Shown here one piece after another: positions 1 through 13,339 of a stretch of 64,000 nucleotides of DNA. Position numbers and translations under genes: made by a program. This stretch comes from Camelus ferus (Eukaryota), in the NCBI RefSeq assembly GCF_009834535.1, contig NC_045705.1, forward strand, positions 27,714,001-27,778,000, in the 5' to 3' direction. Position 1 is the stretch's first letter; every line of letters begins with the position of its first letter. The notes beneath the pieces are model-generated. The model worked only from the letters and a program-made list of their open reading frames with translations. It was not told the DNA's origin and did not search any database.

Positions 1-614
1 TGCAGGAACAGATCTGACAACTTGACAGCAAAGAATAAATGAATAGAATCCCCTATGTTACATCCTTCTCCCTTGATAAATATATTGGTACACCTGTATA
101 GCCTTTTAACATTTGAACCTTAACTGTGACCATTTACAATCCATTTTACAATCCACCTAACAAGTTTTCTTTGATATTTTGAGTGTAAAGAGTATGTTAA
201 GTCCTTGGGGTTATTTACTGCTCAGTCTGTACTGAAATGCAACCAGAGCTCTTATATATAAGTTTAAAACAGTGTTATGAAGTATAAAAGCAAATTCTCT
301 CCAGAGAGATGGCCAAAGTCTCTTGAAAACAATTTGATCAGTAGATTTACAGTCATAGAATATTCTTGCCAGAAGATACCTCAGTGATTATTTAGTGGAG
401 CCCCTTTGTTTTATAGGTGGAGAAACTGAAGCTTCTTTAGAATCATTTAATTTAATTAACCATTAATGAATGTTCCCCTGGATAAGTACCTCCTCTGTAA
501 GTACTCTGCCAGGCTCTGGAGAATACAGGGTTGATACTACATGACTTAGACTAAGAAAATCATGTTTGCGTTGCTGGTCTTTTGCACTGATTTTAATTTC
601 CTTTCTTACTCCAG

Positions 615-727
615 GAAATCATCAGATATGTCGTTTGGTCAACCAGCAGCATAGTTTGCATTGCCAGTGGGACCAACCTGTGCGCTACCATCGTGGTGAT
701 ATCTTTGAAAATGTGGACTATGTTCAG
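615..727 (+). CDS. TTC17: TTC17 exon (113 nt): (G)NHQICRLVNQQHSLHCQWDQPVRYHRGDIFENVDYVQ
   Basis: Acceptor ttcttactccag|GA; donor CAG|gtcttt (weak); phase 1 to 0. Confidence 0.95.
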
Positions 728-2534
728 GTCTTTTTCTCTCTAGTTCTTACCAACTTTTGCATATCTAAGAGTAATACCGTTTCCCCCACCTTAATCCCTT
801 ATATATTTGATCTCTAAAATGTGTGACTATCTTTTAAGGTTTTGAGTATCTGTTATGTTTACGAAGTCAGGTTTTATAGACAGTACTCAGTTACTCCATG
901 AATGACATTTATGGACTAGCCATATTTGCCTATTCATGTGTGTTTGATTCTTTTCTTCTTTACCATGAGAGCTAGAATTGGTCTATAACTCAAAGCCTTT
1001 ATCTCCCCTTTTAACTTATTTGAATAAGACCTATAATTTAAAATTTGCAAGAGTAATCATGCTCTTTCCTGCAGTCATCAGTCCAGTTATGTTGCTTCAA
1101 CCAAAATGATCATTATCAGCAGCAGATGTTTACTAACCACCATTGTTAGTTGCATGTTTTTCTCTCTCTGTCTGTCTCTGTGTACATCCACATGTGTACA
1201 TGTGCATATACATACGCATATACCTGACACTCAAACACACAATGTAAAATCCTAGCCTATCTCGTTGGAAAGAAATAATACATAAATATAATGATACTAA
1301 ATAGCATGTAACTAATGCTGATACAGACAGTAAGCACAACCAGAGATCCAACTGTCTTCCAAAAGGATATCGGAAATAAAGTAACATTTATCCTGTCCTA
1401 CGGAAAAGTTATCATATCCTTAATCATAGATATAGAAATTTCCAGGGATACGCAGTTATAATAATTAAGAGATTAGGACAGCTTCTGTAGGAGGACAAAG
1501 CATGAAAAATTAAAACTCTTTAATCTGGAAAAACCCAGACTACATTGGGAAAGAATGAGAAGCAAAAATTAAGAGTCCATTTAGGAGGAGAAGTAGTAAT
1601 AGAAACCAAAAGTTTCCTATGATTTTTGTGAACCAGCTTCTAGCAATATCCCATGTTTGGTTTTCCAAAGGAAGAACAGACTTACATGCTCTGGGACTTT
1701 AGTTCCCTATCTTAAATCCAAGCATTTTAAGGGGAAAAGGGGAACATTTAGAAATGGAATATACTGAGACCCAGTGTAACTTTTAGCTATCATGATGGTC
1801 TCAAGACAGACCATTTTGGAAGACTGTCCTGTACCACTAGCTTCCAGTATTAAATATCCATAAATTTCATCACCACTATATAGTGAAAGAATCTACTCTT
1901 GTTCATAAAGGCATGGAGCTATAAATTCCTCATATTCATTCACTTTCCTCATGTCTTTCCTACTCCATCCCACTCTAGTTCCATTCTCTTATCTAACAAA
2001 GTTTCAGAAGTACACAGTAACTATGGTATCTTGTGAGAATATCAAATATTATTGTACCGTGGTTTAGAGGAAGGCTACACATATTTGGAATTGATTGTAC
2101 AATAGTCTATAATACTTAAATGATAGGTATATTAAACCCTTAAGAACCGTTAAGCACACTAATTTTATAGAGAAGTGATCATTTTAAGCTGGGTAGGAGA
2201 GGGGAATTATGAACCAAACCTCTAACCAGCTAATCATTAAACCTAAAAGAGACTAAACCCTAAAAAGGAAGTAGAGGGACAGGAAACAATCCGTGCGGTT
2301 TTTCTCATATCAGTGGCATAGTTGATTGAAAGTTGCCAGCTGTGCATTATCTGTGAGAGAATACTGATGGGATATTGTTCTGAAAATTAAAAGATCTGAT
2401 TGCTTTTTTACTGACCTACTTTCTGATTTTCTACTCAATTTGAGTATTCACTTAACGGTTTTGGATTGTGTTAAATTTTAGTCACAACTCCTTTTCTGCT
2501 TTCAATTTGATTGAACTTTTCTTTCCATTTTTAG

Positions 2535-2681
2535 TTTGGCGAGGATTCATCAACCTCCAGTATGATGTCTGTGAACTTTGATGTTCAAGCAAATCAGAGT
2601 GATGTCAGTGATTTGGTCAAGTCTTCTCCTGTAGCCCATTCTATTCTCTGGATCTGGGGCAGGAACTCTGATGCATACAGG
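2535..2681 (+). CDS. TTC17: TTC17 exon (147 nt): FGEDSSTSSMMSVNFDVQANQSDVSDLVKSSPVAHSILWIWGRNSDAYR
   Basis: Acceptor ttccatttttag|TTT; donor AGG|gtaagt; phase 0 to 0; too short for the ORF track, read manually. Confidence 0.96.
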
Positions 2682-3442
2682 GTAAGTTAGTCGAGGATGA
2701 TGAAGGAGTTTTCTCAAACAGACAAGATTCCTTAAAGCAGTGGCCCTCGACCTGTGATTAAAATGGCCCCAATCACTTCAGCAAACACTATTAAACTTGT
2801 ATTAAATGGAGGGCATTCTGCTAGGTGGTAGATAAGTAAGACACAGGGTCTGCCTTGAGTTCTTACCCGTCAAGTGGGCCAGACAGACACCCTGATTTTA
2901 ATTCAAAGCTCTGAGCACAGTTACCAACTCTTACAAGTTTCTGAACTTGACCTAAGTGTGCGCTTGTATATGCTTCTCTTCTCATCAGCATTCTCTTACT
3001 GCACTCCCTACCTGTGTACCAGGCTGATCCTGTGAATATAGTACATAAGCTGCTTGCTCTGCTGGAGCTCCCATTCTAGCAAAAGATACAGACAACAAAC
3101 AAGTAAATAAATACGTAATTCTAAGCTGGCTAAGAAATAATTGTATGTTAGCCAGTGGGGATACTAAGATATGAGGACAGAAACCACATATTTTTTATTA
3201 TTAAATTTTCAGAATTTAATTGAGTTTTTATTCTAAGAGAGTTAATACAGCCACTTAGATTTAATTGTGTGTAATATAAATTCCCAAGTTTGAAAGCTTC
3301 AGGATAAAAGTTTAGTGAGCCTCTGGTATGTTATTTATATTTAGAAAAATGAAATTTTACAGCCAAAATAACAATTGTTAAACTTGGCAAAGAAAAGGTC
3401 TTACTTCAGGGAAAAATAGTTTTCTGGGCCAGTTTTATAAGT

Positions 3443-3895
3443 GTATGTATGCTTACAGGTATAAGTCACAGACTCTCCCTCAAATTGGCTTAAACAAAAG
3501 AAAATTTACCTCATATTACAGGAAGTCCAGAGATAGAGCAAACTTCGGCTTTGGTTGATTCAGTGGCCCAGTAGTGCCACCAGTGACTCATTTCTTTCCT
3601 TTTCTTCAATTTGCCATCCACTGTACTGGTTCCATCCTAAAGCTTGTCTTCCTCTTGGTCATGGGGTGACAGCCAGCAGCAGCTGGAGCAACGTGATTTT
3701 TGTTCCTATGTGGCACAAGCGACTAAGACTGGCTTTTCTTTCCCAGACGCCCCAGGCAGGCCTCTCCCTGTGTCTTACTGGCTTAACTGACTTAGGCTTG
3801 CCCAACCCTGCATCAGTGTGTGGTAAAGCAGGTAGAATTTCTGACTTAAACTAATAATCTGCAGTAGAAAGAATATTATAGAGTCTATCACAGTG
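3443..3895 (-). mobile_element. MaLR solo LTR (MLT1J/K-like), old
   Basis: Typical MLT1 reverse-strand motifs (tggcttaaacaaaag..., aggaagtccagag, agcagcagctgg, cctctccctgtgtcttactggc); boundaries approximate. Confidence 0.7.
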
Positions 3896-4014
3896 TCTGT
3901 CTTAAAATACTAAATTGTCATTCTGTTATGTTACCCTAGTATATTTATGTTCTTTTAGAAACTCATTTAGCAATTTGAAATATTGAATCCAAAGAAATTT
4001 TCTTTCTTTATTAG

Positions 4015-4130
4015 GACAAACAGCATATTCTGTGGCCTAAAAGAGCAGATTGTGCAGAAAGCTATCCAAGAGTCCCTGTTGGTGGGGAACTGCCAACGTA
4101 TTTTCTGCCTCCGGAAAACAAAGGACTCAG
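4015..4130 (+). CDS. TTC17: TTC17 exon (116 nt): DKQHILWPKRADCAESYPRVPVGGELPTYFLPPENKGL(R)
   Basis: Acceptor ttctttattag|GAC; donor CAG|gcaagt (GC donor); phase 0 to 2. Confidence 0.93.
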
Positions 4131-4286
4131 GCAAGTGCTGATGGATTTGGCAAAGCACTTGATTCTGCATGATTGTCATCTGGCGGTTCTTTGAGAGCAC
4201 CAGCCTTGGACTTGAAAGGTTAAGTCTTTATTTTGAAGTCACCCAAACTTTGAAAATATGAATCTTGTTCCTTTTTCTTGTGCCAG

Positions 4287-4452
4287 GATCCACGAACTCA
4301 ACAGTGATGANNNNNNNNNNNNNNNNNNNNNNNNNNNNNNNNNNNNNNNNNNNNNNNNNNNNNNNNNNNNNNNNNNNNNNNNNNNNNNNNNNNNNNNNNN
4401 NNNNNNNNNNNNNNNNNNNNNNNNNNNNNNNNNNNNNNNNNNNNNNNNNNNN
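4287..4452 (+). CDS. TTC17: TTC17 exon starting (R)IHELNSD...; 3' part hidden in N gap, end coordinate predicted
   Basis: Acceptor ctttttcttgtgccag|G ATC CAC GAA CTC AAC AGT GAT GA is visible (4287-4310). End 4452 is inferred from the 55 codons needed to reach the next exon in recalled human TTC17. Confidence 0.75.
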
Positions 4453-4514
4453 NNNNNNNNNNNNNNNNNNNNNNNNNNNNNNNNNNNNNNNNNNNNNNNN
4501 NNNNNNNNNNNNNN
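4311..4514. other. Assembly gap (204 N) covering an exon end and its donor
   Basis: Run of N. Confidence 0.99.
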
Positions 4515-5104
4515 GGTGGAGCAAAAATTTGATAGAAGGCAGTTGTTGAGCTTTGAGTTTATAAAACTGAAGCATAGAGTTAAAGAATTGGTGAAATAAT
4601 TAAGAAGTCCGTCATGCTATTGAAGGAATGCCGGGAAAGTGTTTTTCAGGGTTGCTGTTTACGTAGACCGCCTAAGCACTGTTTCTCTAAGAGGGCTACA
4701 AAGATGAGTGACACAGAACTCTGTTTACCTAATGGAAGCCGTTCCAACCACTGCCATTTAGCTTGCCTCTTCCAAGCCTCCGGAAGTTTGTATACTTTGA
4801 AAGTTTCAAGATTCTCTTTCCTTGGCTTTATCAACCCTGCTTTGGGTTCATATGAGGTCCTCAGAAATTTGTATGAATTTGATAACCACTGTGCAGACAT
4901 TATAAGTATGTTCTGTTATGCTATTTTCTTTAGTTTCTGTTAGTTATGTATAACTAGGAATGTTTTATTACTGAGTATAAATCGTATATTAGACAGTGTT
5001 CCATAGATACAAATGAAAGAATTCCTTTTTGCAGAGAAAACAGACCATCACAATGACCTTTTTTTTTTAAATTTAATTTTAAAACTTTGAGCAGTTACTA
5101 CTTA

Positions 5105-5217
5105 CGTTCAACAAACATTTACTGAGGCAAAAAACATTATGTGCCAGGCACTGTTAGGTGTGCTAGGAATACAAAGATAAACAGACCATGATCCCTACCT
5201 TAGAGTTGCTCACAGTT
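5105..5217 (-). mobile_element. L2 3' end fragment
   Basis: ttcaacaaacatttactgag...tgtgccaggcactgtt...gatccctaccttagagttgctcacagt is the canonical L2 tail. Confidence 0.75.
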
Positions 5218-5627
5218 ATGTAAGTGCTACAAGAATATAAAGTAGATTAATTGAAGATCTGGTGCTTTTCCAGATAGGAAGGATAGCAGATTTTAATTGT
5301 ATCAGGTATCGCATGCTTTGTCATCTGAATAATTAATTCATTTGGTTTTGGACACTTAGGTTGACTTTGATGGGGAAATGATACATTGCCTTAATATGTA
5401 TGTGGGGTATATGTCTTTTAACTGTTTTTGTTGAAGGAAACTACATGTGAGCAGGCTAACACCTGTTGGTATGTCCATGACCTCATGTTATGTGTATAAT
5501 TATAAATATCTTTTTCAAATTAGCTCTTCCCAAGGAGCTCAAGTAAAGACTGCTGTCTATAAAAATTCTTGTCCAATGTTTTCCCTGTTATTTTCAATTG
5601 ATTCAGTCTTCCTTTTGATGTTTTCAG

Positions 5628-5705
5628 ATTTTGCTTTCCCGTATTAATAACTATACTATCCCAGAAGAAGAAATTGGATCTTTCTTATTTCATGCTATTA
5701 ACAAG
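5628..5705 (+). CDS. TTC17: TTC17 exon (78 nt): ILLSRINNYTIPEEEIGSFLFHAINK
   Basis: Acceptor gatgttttcag|ATT; donor AAG|gtgagt; phase 0 to 0. Confidence 0.96.
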
Positions 5706-5844
5706 GTGAGTGGCCTATTTCAGATGTCTGAAATTTAAATATGTAGTAATTGTAATTAAAATCTTAAAAATGCATGTATTAAGCATCCTTTTTAGAAAGA
5801 GTACTGTATTCTTGTATTCACTGAAGTATTTGGGGATTTTTCAG

Positions 5845-6069
5845 CCTAATGCACCTGTCTGGCTGATACTCAATGAAGCTGGGCTCTACTGGAGAGCAGT
5901 AGGAAATAGCACTTTTGCTATCGCTTGTCTTCAGAGGGCTTTGAATTTGGCTCCACTTCAATACCAGGACGTTCCTCTTGTGAACCTGGCCAACCTTCTG
6001 ATTCACTATGGCCTTCATCTTGATGCCACTAAACTGCTACTTCAGGCTTTGGCCATCAATAGCTCTGAG
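5845..6069 (+). CDS. TTC17: TTC17 exon (225 nt), TPR repeats: PNAPVWLILNEAGLYWRAVGN...LLQALAINSSE
   Basis: Acceptor gatttttcag|CCT; donor GAG|gtgagg; contained in ORF 5710-6093; TPR-like A/L/Y periodicity. Confidence 0.97.
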
Positions 6070-7802
6070 GTGAGGTTTTATGTTTCTTTGTAGCAATATA
6101 TATACCATGTAGTGGTAACTCAAATTCAGAGTATCATTTGTGTTTTTATGGAGAGGACATAAAAAATATCATGTTTTGTTTTTCAGAGTAGAATTTGCAC
6201 ATTTTGAGAGGGCATAAAACAGATTTTTGTTTTGTTTTATTTTTGATGTGTTCATCTCTTCATTTTAAGTGAATGAAATTTATAAATTGTACAATTAATT
6301 TTTTTATAAACTTGCATTTAAATAAGAATCACATATGCTAAAAATATATACTGTCACATTTTTATATCTTAAACATCTGCTTCTCACTTTATCCTACTCA
6401 TTATAACATGCAAGCTGTTTAATGTTATACTGTTTTACAATGTTAGTTTATAGATATCTTTATACTAACCAAGCCAGAGCATAGTGCAAAGGTCGTTTTG
6501 ATAAGACTAGATACGTGGATTGATATTCATGCCCTGAACCTCCCACATGCAGTCCATGGAGTTGCATCACTGCTATGTAGTTAGTAAGTTTTTGTTACAG
6601 TTTCTAAGATACCAGTTCTTTTTTGTTTTTTTTGTATCTTAACGTCTCTGGTCCTTAGATTTGAAAAAAAATATTCAATGTCATCATGTTATAATTGAGG
6701 ACATCTTAGGTTTGATGAAATATAGTTATAATAAGTACACACTTAAATTGCTTCTATACTTAGTGTCTAAATGTTCCTGAGTTTTATCCCCAAATAAACT
6801 TTTAGAAATGTACATGAATGGCTTAGGTTTATTTGACATGTCCCAAAACTAATTTTTTTCAGTATTAGGAGAAAATGTTGCCTGTTAAGAGTTTCCTTTG
6901 AGATACATATATTCACAACTGGATTTTAAGTAAAAGTTTACAATCATTATATTACACAGTAGGCCAAGTTGCCAGAGACGTACATCAAATATTTATCAAA
7001 TGATTACTGTGTGCCAGGTGTGGGTATAGTAGAACAGATGATCTTCATGGGATGTGATGAAGTAAGCATGCAAATGGAAGGCTCAGCACAGCTGTATTCC
7101 CTTGACACTTCTCATAGTTCACTTTTTTCTGTCACCAGCCAAGCCAGTTAAGCAGTATTCCACTGAAGAAAAAAAGAGCTCCTTTAGAGATTAGTTACCT
7201 TTCCATATTTGAAAATTATACTAAAATTTCAGTTAAATATTATGGTACTGCAATAAGAATAAAAAAGATAAATCAATAAATCAGGATAGATACCCCCAAA
7301 ATACACCTTAATCAGACGCTACCCCCAACTGTCAACATTTGGAAATATTTCCTTGCAAGCTTTTCTTCTTTGTAAATATTTCACAGCATTGGAATTACGC
7401 TGTACTAGTGATCTTTAAAACTTATTGTATATTAAAAATGTATTACTACTTAGTTTTTATAGCCATCCATTTAAATGGTTTTGTAAAGTTTTGATGAATT
7501 GATATATCACAGCTTACTCCACTGTTGCTAGATATGTAGGTTGCTGACCATGCTTAGTTATTGTCAGTAATGATTTTTCTGAATAAGACCTTTTTGTATT
7601 CCAGATAATTTTCTTAGGAAAGATTGCTAGCAATGAAATTATTAAGTCAGTAAGAGAATGAGTCTTTTGATGGCTTTGATACAAAATACCAAACAATCCA
7701 CGAAAAGATTTGGGCCAATACATATTGTCATAATCAAGATCTCTAAATATTCATTTCACTTGTATTATGAGCAGAATCAGGCAGTTGAAATAACTCTTAA
7801 CT

Positions 7803-7998
7803 TTTACTGATTGTTTACTAGAGCCAGGCACTATACTAAGCACTTTACATGTAGTAACTCAATTTAATCCTCACAACCACCCTATGAGATGAGATTTACC
7901 CATTTGATAGAAAAAGAAACAGAAGGGATTTACTGAAAATCATAGAACTTGAATTTGAACTCAGGGAGATTGGCTACAGAGCTCACACTCTTTAGCCA
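7803..7998 (-). mobile_element. MIR SINE
   Basis: ccaggcactatactaagcactttacatg...atttaatcctcacaaccaccctatgag...gaatttgaactcagg. Confidence 0.8.
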
Positions 7999-8584
7999 CG
8001 TAACATTGCCTCTGTATTAACATTTATAAAACAAATTTACTTAAAAAAAATTCACTTCTCTGTTGTAACATAAATTTCTTTATCTTTTTATTGTTTTATT
8101 TTTAAAGTAAAAGTTGTCGGCATTTTCCTCATTTGGTTAGAATTTTTTTTTTAATTTTACATGGACTATACAATAAAGTCTTTAACGCCATCTGCCATAC
8201 ATTAAAAATATTTTCTCTCTTTGCCTTTTTATCTTAGCTTTTAAAAATTACCTTAAATTTTTCATCTTTTCCCTTTTGATTTCTATTGTTAGATTTAAGG
8301 TATCCCTGTAAGAAGTTTGAAAAAAATTAGTTCTGTTTCTGTTTTCTATGGTTTGTCTTTAAATAATTGATTCTCAGATATACAAAGATCTTTAACTATG
8401 TTGTCTTCTAGGTGGTATATAGTTTCAGGTTTCACATTTAGGCCTATGATTAATTTCAAGTTAAATTTTCTTTGTGATGTGAGGTAGGGACCAAAGTTCA
8501 TTCATCAGAGTTCTTGTCCACATGGATATCAAGTTATTCCAGGACCATATCTCAAGAACACTGTACTTTCCTTATTGAATCACC

Positions 8585-9540
8585 TATTACCTTTGCTCTG
8601 AACTCCAGTTTACTTGACACCTCCACTTGAATGTCTAAAACTACAGGCCAAAACTAAGCTCCTTAACATTATTCCAGTTTGTTCTCAGTCTTCCCCATTT
8701 CAGGAAACAGGAAAGCCAGTAGTTAGGACAAAAACTTAGAGCCATCCTTCATACCTTTCTTTTTCTCTCAGGGCAGATTCAATCTGTTAGCAAACCTAGC
8801 TGATTCTGTTTTTAAAGTATACCCAGAATTTCACTGCTTACCATTATCTCCACTGCTATCTTATCCAAACCATCTTTATCTTTTATCTAGATTACTTCAA
8901 TAGCCTCCTAACTAGCTTCTTGACTCTTTCCTTTGTCCCTCTACATTCTGTTCACAATACAACAACCAATGAAGTTCTTGTTAAAAGTCAGATGTTGTCA
9001 TTTGTTCAAATCTCAGCACATGTAACTCACAGTAAGAGACAAGAATTTATAACGATGTAGAAGGTCCTACATGACCTTGCTACTTTTCTAACGTCGTCTC
9101 CATGAGAGCATTCCTTTGGTCATTCTGTTCCTGCCTCACTTGCCTTCATGCAGTGCCTTGAACATGCTAGCTTGCTCCTCAGGGCCTTTGCATTCTCTGT
9201 TCTGTCTGCTTGGAATGCTTCATCCCACTAAATTCTTCATAGCTTGCTCCTCATCTCCTTAAACTCACTTAGAAATACTAACTTCTCAGTGAGTCTTTCC
9301 CTTACTACTGTATTTAAAATAGCACTCTTCCCCACTCTTAGTACTACTGATGTCTCTTCACCATATACTTTTCTTCATCACATTTTGCTCACAATTGTAA
9401 CATCCTCACAGTTGTGTGACATGGGCCTATAAGATCCACAAAGGCAGAGACTTAGCTTTCTTATTTTCTGCTGTATCCCTAGTGTCAAAAACAGTATATG
9501 AAACATAGTAAACACTCAGTAATTATTTTCTGAATGAATT
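8585..9540 (+). mobile_element. L2a fragment incl. 3' tail
   Basis: Pyrimidine-rich L2 body ending in ...aaacactcagtaattattttctgaatgaa; boundaries approximate. Confidence 0.75.
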
Positions 9541-10029
9541 CCTGAAAATTATTCTTTTTTTCCAAAATGCTAACCAGTTCATCTCAATATAAGATATTTA
9601 CATAAGTGTCATTCTAGTTATAGGGATAATCAGAACACTTGTTTTCCTTATGGAAGATATAAAGACATTTTTGAAATCTAAGTATGGAATTTAATTTTGT
9701 ATCTGAGTGGGGAACCAGTAAGTAATACTTTAAATGTAATCTGAGAGCTACTTAGATTAGGCCTTTTTAATCTGGAGTAATTTGTAAACCTGTCTTGGTT
9801 ATAGTGAGACATTCTGATGACAAGAGCAGCCTGAATCAAAATCAGGCAGCTGATATATTATAGGTGTTGCTTTTCATAGGGATATACTGTGCAATTTGAG
9901 AATAAAACATTCTTAGATCTTTTAAAATAATTTTAATGATAAAGTAAGTGTAGAATAAATGGTTTGTACACAGCAAATCCTAAACATAGGTGTATTTCTG
10001 CTAAAATGACCTAAGCTGAATACTTTGGG

Positions 10030-11884
10030 CTGCTTATAAAAACAAGATCTCAACAATAGGAAAATAGAATTTTAAAACTATATACAATAGCATCAAAAAA
10101 TCAGATATGTAGAAGTAAATCTAAAGGAAGATGCACAAGATTTCTATACTGATTACAAAACACTGCTAAGAGAAAGAAACCTAAATAAATGGTGATATAG
10201 ATCATGTTTATCAGGTTGGAAAAGTCAGTGTCGTTAAGATGTAAGTTCTCCTCAAAACTGATTTATAGATTCAGTTTGATCCTAAACTCCCAGCAATTAT
10301 GTGTATATATGTGTATAAATTGATAAGTTGATTCAAAAATCTACATGAAAGTACCCAAAATCTGGAGGGGGGGGGGAAACAGTTGGAAGGCTTATATTAC
10401 TAGATTTCAAGACTTGCTGTGATTAAGTCAGTGTGGTATTGGCACAGAGATACTTAAATATATCAGTGGAACACAATTGAGAAATTAGAAATAGGCCCCT
10501 GTGTATATGGTCACCTGCTTTATAGCAAAGACACACCCATAGTTCAGTGTGTGTGAAGCTTTTGGGTTTTTACTAAGTAGTACTGGAGTACTTGGATATC
10601 CCCTGTGGACAAAGAGTGAACCTTGACTCCTACCTCATATTGTACAGAAGATTAATTTGAGGTGGGTCATGTACCAAAATGTGAAAGGTAAAACAATAAA
10701 GCTTCTTGATGAAAACAGAGAAGAGAAAGACTTCATTACCTTGTAGCCAGCAAAGATTTCATAAAGCACTAACTATAAAAGAAAAAATATATAAACTAAA
10801 CTTCATTAAAATTAGGAATTTCTGCTTATCAGAAGATACCATTAAGAGAATAAAAAGGCAAACAACAGACTGGGAGAAGGTATTTGCAATAAGTATTTCC
10901 AACAGTTGTCTTGTCTAGTATATATATAAAGAATTCCTTCGAATCAATAAGAAAAAGACAACCCAATTTTTTGAAATGGGGAAAACAACAGGCACTTCAG
11001 AAGTGAGGGTACCCAAATGGCCAATAAGCATATGAAAAAATATTCAACATCATTACTAATCAAGGAAGTGCAGATTAAAATCGCAGTGAGATGCCGCTTA
11101 AGCATCACACGAAAACAGCTAAATTAAGAAGACTGACGATACCAAATCAGTGAATTCTCACACTTGCTGGTAGGCATCCACTGGAAAGCTATTTGGTTAT
11201 GTCTCTGAAAACTAAATGTATGCCCACCTTAAGAACCACTACTAAGCATATACCCAAGGAAAATGAGTACGTATGTCTATCAAGAGGCATTTACAAGAAT
11301 GTTCATAGTAGCTTTATTTATAATAGTAGCTTTATTTATAAATAATATAAATATTTATAATATATAAATATTAGTTATTTATAATGTATTAATCAACTTG
11401 TAACTGATTACAAACAATCCAAAAACTGCCTGTCAGTAGGAGATGGATGAACAAACTGATATACTGACGTGATGGAACATTACACATCAATTTTTTTTAA
11501 AAGAATGAACTAATAGTACACAAAAAACATTCAGTTTCCTGAATATTAGATATTGTATGGAGTGAAAGAAGCTACAAAATAGTACATATATGCACAAGAG
11601 AACATGCTGCTTGATTCCATTTATGTGAAGTTCAGGAACAGGCAGAGCTAATCTGTGGTGTTGGAAGTCACAGCAGCATAACAGTGGTTCCTCCGGGACT
11701 GCGGTTGAGCTGCGCAAGGGAACCTCTTGGGATACTAGAAATGCTCTAAATGTTTTGTATCTTTAGATGAATGGTGGTTACAGGGATATATACATATATA
11801 AAAATTCATTGAGCTGTACACTAAAGACTAGTGTATATTACACATTTTATCTATGTTTTATCTTAGTGAAAGTTAAAAAATAAA
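10030..11884 (+). mobile_element. Old L1 (L1MB/MC/ME class) ORF2 3' part and 3' UTR
   Basis: Degenerate ORF2 peptide in ORF 10706-10918 (KLNFIKIRNFCLSEDTIKRIKRQTTDWEKVFAI); 3' UTR end aaaattcattgagctgtacac...aaaaaataaa. Confidence 0.85.
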
Positions 11885-12055
11885 TTTGTGTTAAACAGTT
11901 TAGAGTTAGCTGATGTAAATAAAATGGACAGTTAGCCATTAACTTTTATGGGGTAACCTAAAAAGATGCAAAAGACATATACTGAAAAGGTTTTGTAACT
12001 CTTCAGAAGATATCAATTCATTAACATTTTGCTGATTTTTTTTTCCTCTTTTCAG

Positions 12056-12242
12056 CCCCTGACCTTTTTGAGCCTGGGAAATGCTTACCTTGCTTTGAAG
12101 AATATCAGTGGGGCACTTGAGGCCTTTAGACAGGCTTTGAAATTAACTACCAAATGCCCAGAGTGTGAAAACAGCCTGAAGCTGATTCGCTGTATGCAGT
12201 TTTATCCTTTTCTGTACAACATCACGTCTTCTGTTTGCAGTG
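12056..12242 (+). CDS. TTC17: TTC17 exon (187 nt), TPR: PLTFLSLGNAYLALKNISGALEAFRQALKLTTKCPECENSLKLIRCMQFYPFLYNITSSVCS
   Basis: Acceptor ttttcctcttttcag|CCC; donor AGTG|gtaagc; phase 0 to 1. Confidence 0.97.
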
Positions 12243-13339
12243 GTAAGCAACTGTTAAATGCTGGCAAAATAATGAGTTCAATCAGGATTCCTGTTTCGAT
12301 CAACAGAACACAGAAAATGATTTCCTCAGTTTTTCTAAGGATTTTTACATAACTAGCATAATTTAAGACATATAGGAAAGAAATTCATTTGTTACTTACT
12401 ATACAGACACACTGGAGTATTAGGCTTAATTCTCTTCCAGAACCCTAGTTTGAGAAAGGCTGATTAAAGTATATTCAGCTGGGATGATAGGCTGTGAGAT
12501 ATTTTTTTCTCTCCCTCAAATCTCTGATGTTTTGTAACAATTGATATTTATAGTAAAGAATATTCTTTTCTGCTGTGAATTTAAACTGTGTAATGAGATT
12601 TGAAGCAGTGTTTCCATCCTCATTCACTGAAATATAACCCCTTGTCTTTGAGTGAAGGTGATTTAGACCTTTCCTGCACCTTTGAAATAGTGGCCTGACA
12701 TGAAGTATGTTCTTTGCATTCTTCCACTTCCTCCCACAGCCTCCATGCATGTATACATATGCATGTGCATAAGTGTATCCACCTGCCTCAAAACTGCTTG
12801 AGTTAATATCTAAACAATAGATCCCTTTCTAAGAGTTCCATATATGATTATTTACTTGTTTAAATTCACTAGAAGGAAAAAAAAATGAGTTTAACTTGAA
12901 TTATGAGCAGTGCTGTTTACACGTGTGGATCCTCAACACCTTGCCATTGTAGAGCACAAGCAGGTGCTCCGTTAATGTTCAGATTAGATTGTAATATTCA
13001 ACCAAAAGATTAGTCCAGCTCCTACACTTCAGACATTTAAAAAAAAACCCAAAAAGTGACACCCACTTGGTTAAGTGACTTGTCTAAAAACCATCAATAA
13101 TTACTAGATTTGGCACCCAAAACTGGTTTTCCTTATTCACAATACCATACTGCCTTAGGATTTTAATGAAATGACAGACAGTAAGTCACTTTAAATATCA
13201 GAGCCCAGTTTTTTAGTGAAGAAACAAAAAATCTCTCAGCCACATAATTCCATAGCTCAGGGGTAGATCACTGATGAACACAATCTAAACTAGAATTCTT
13301 CTGTGAATGCTGAAGGCCTAAGATAGTGGTTCAGCAAGG

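Noticed and set aside
5710-5844. Upstream extension of ORF 5710-6093 as a longer exon
   Set aside because: It is the 139-nt intron; the frame from the upstream exon hits TAA within it.
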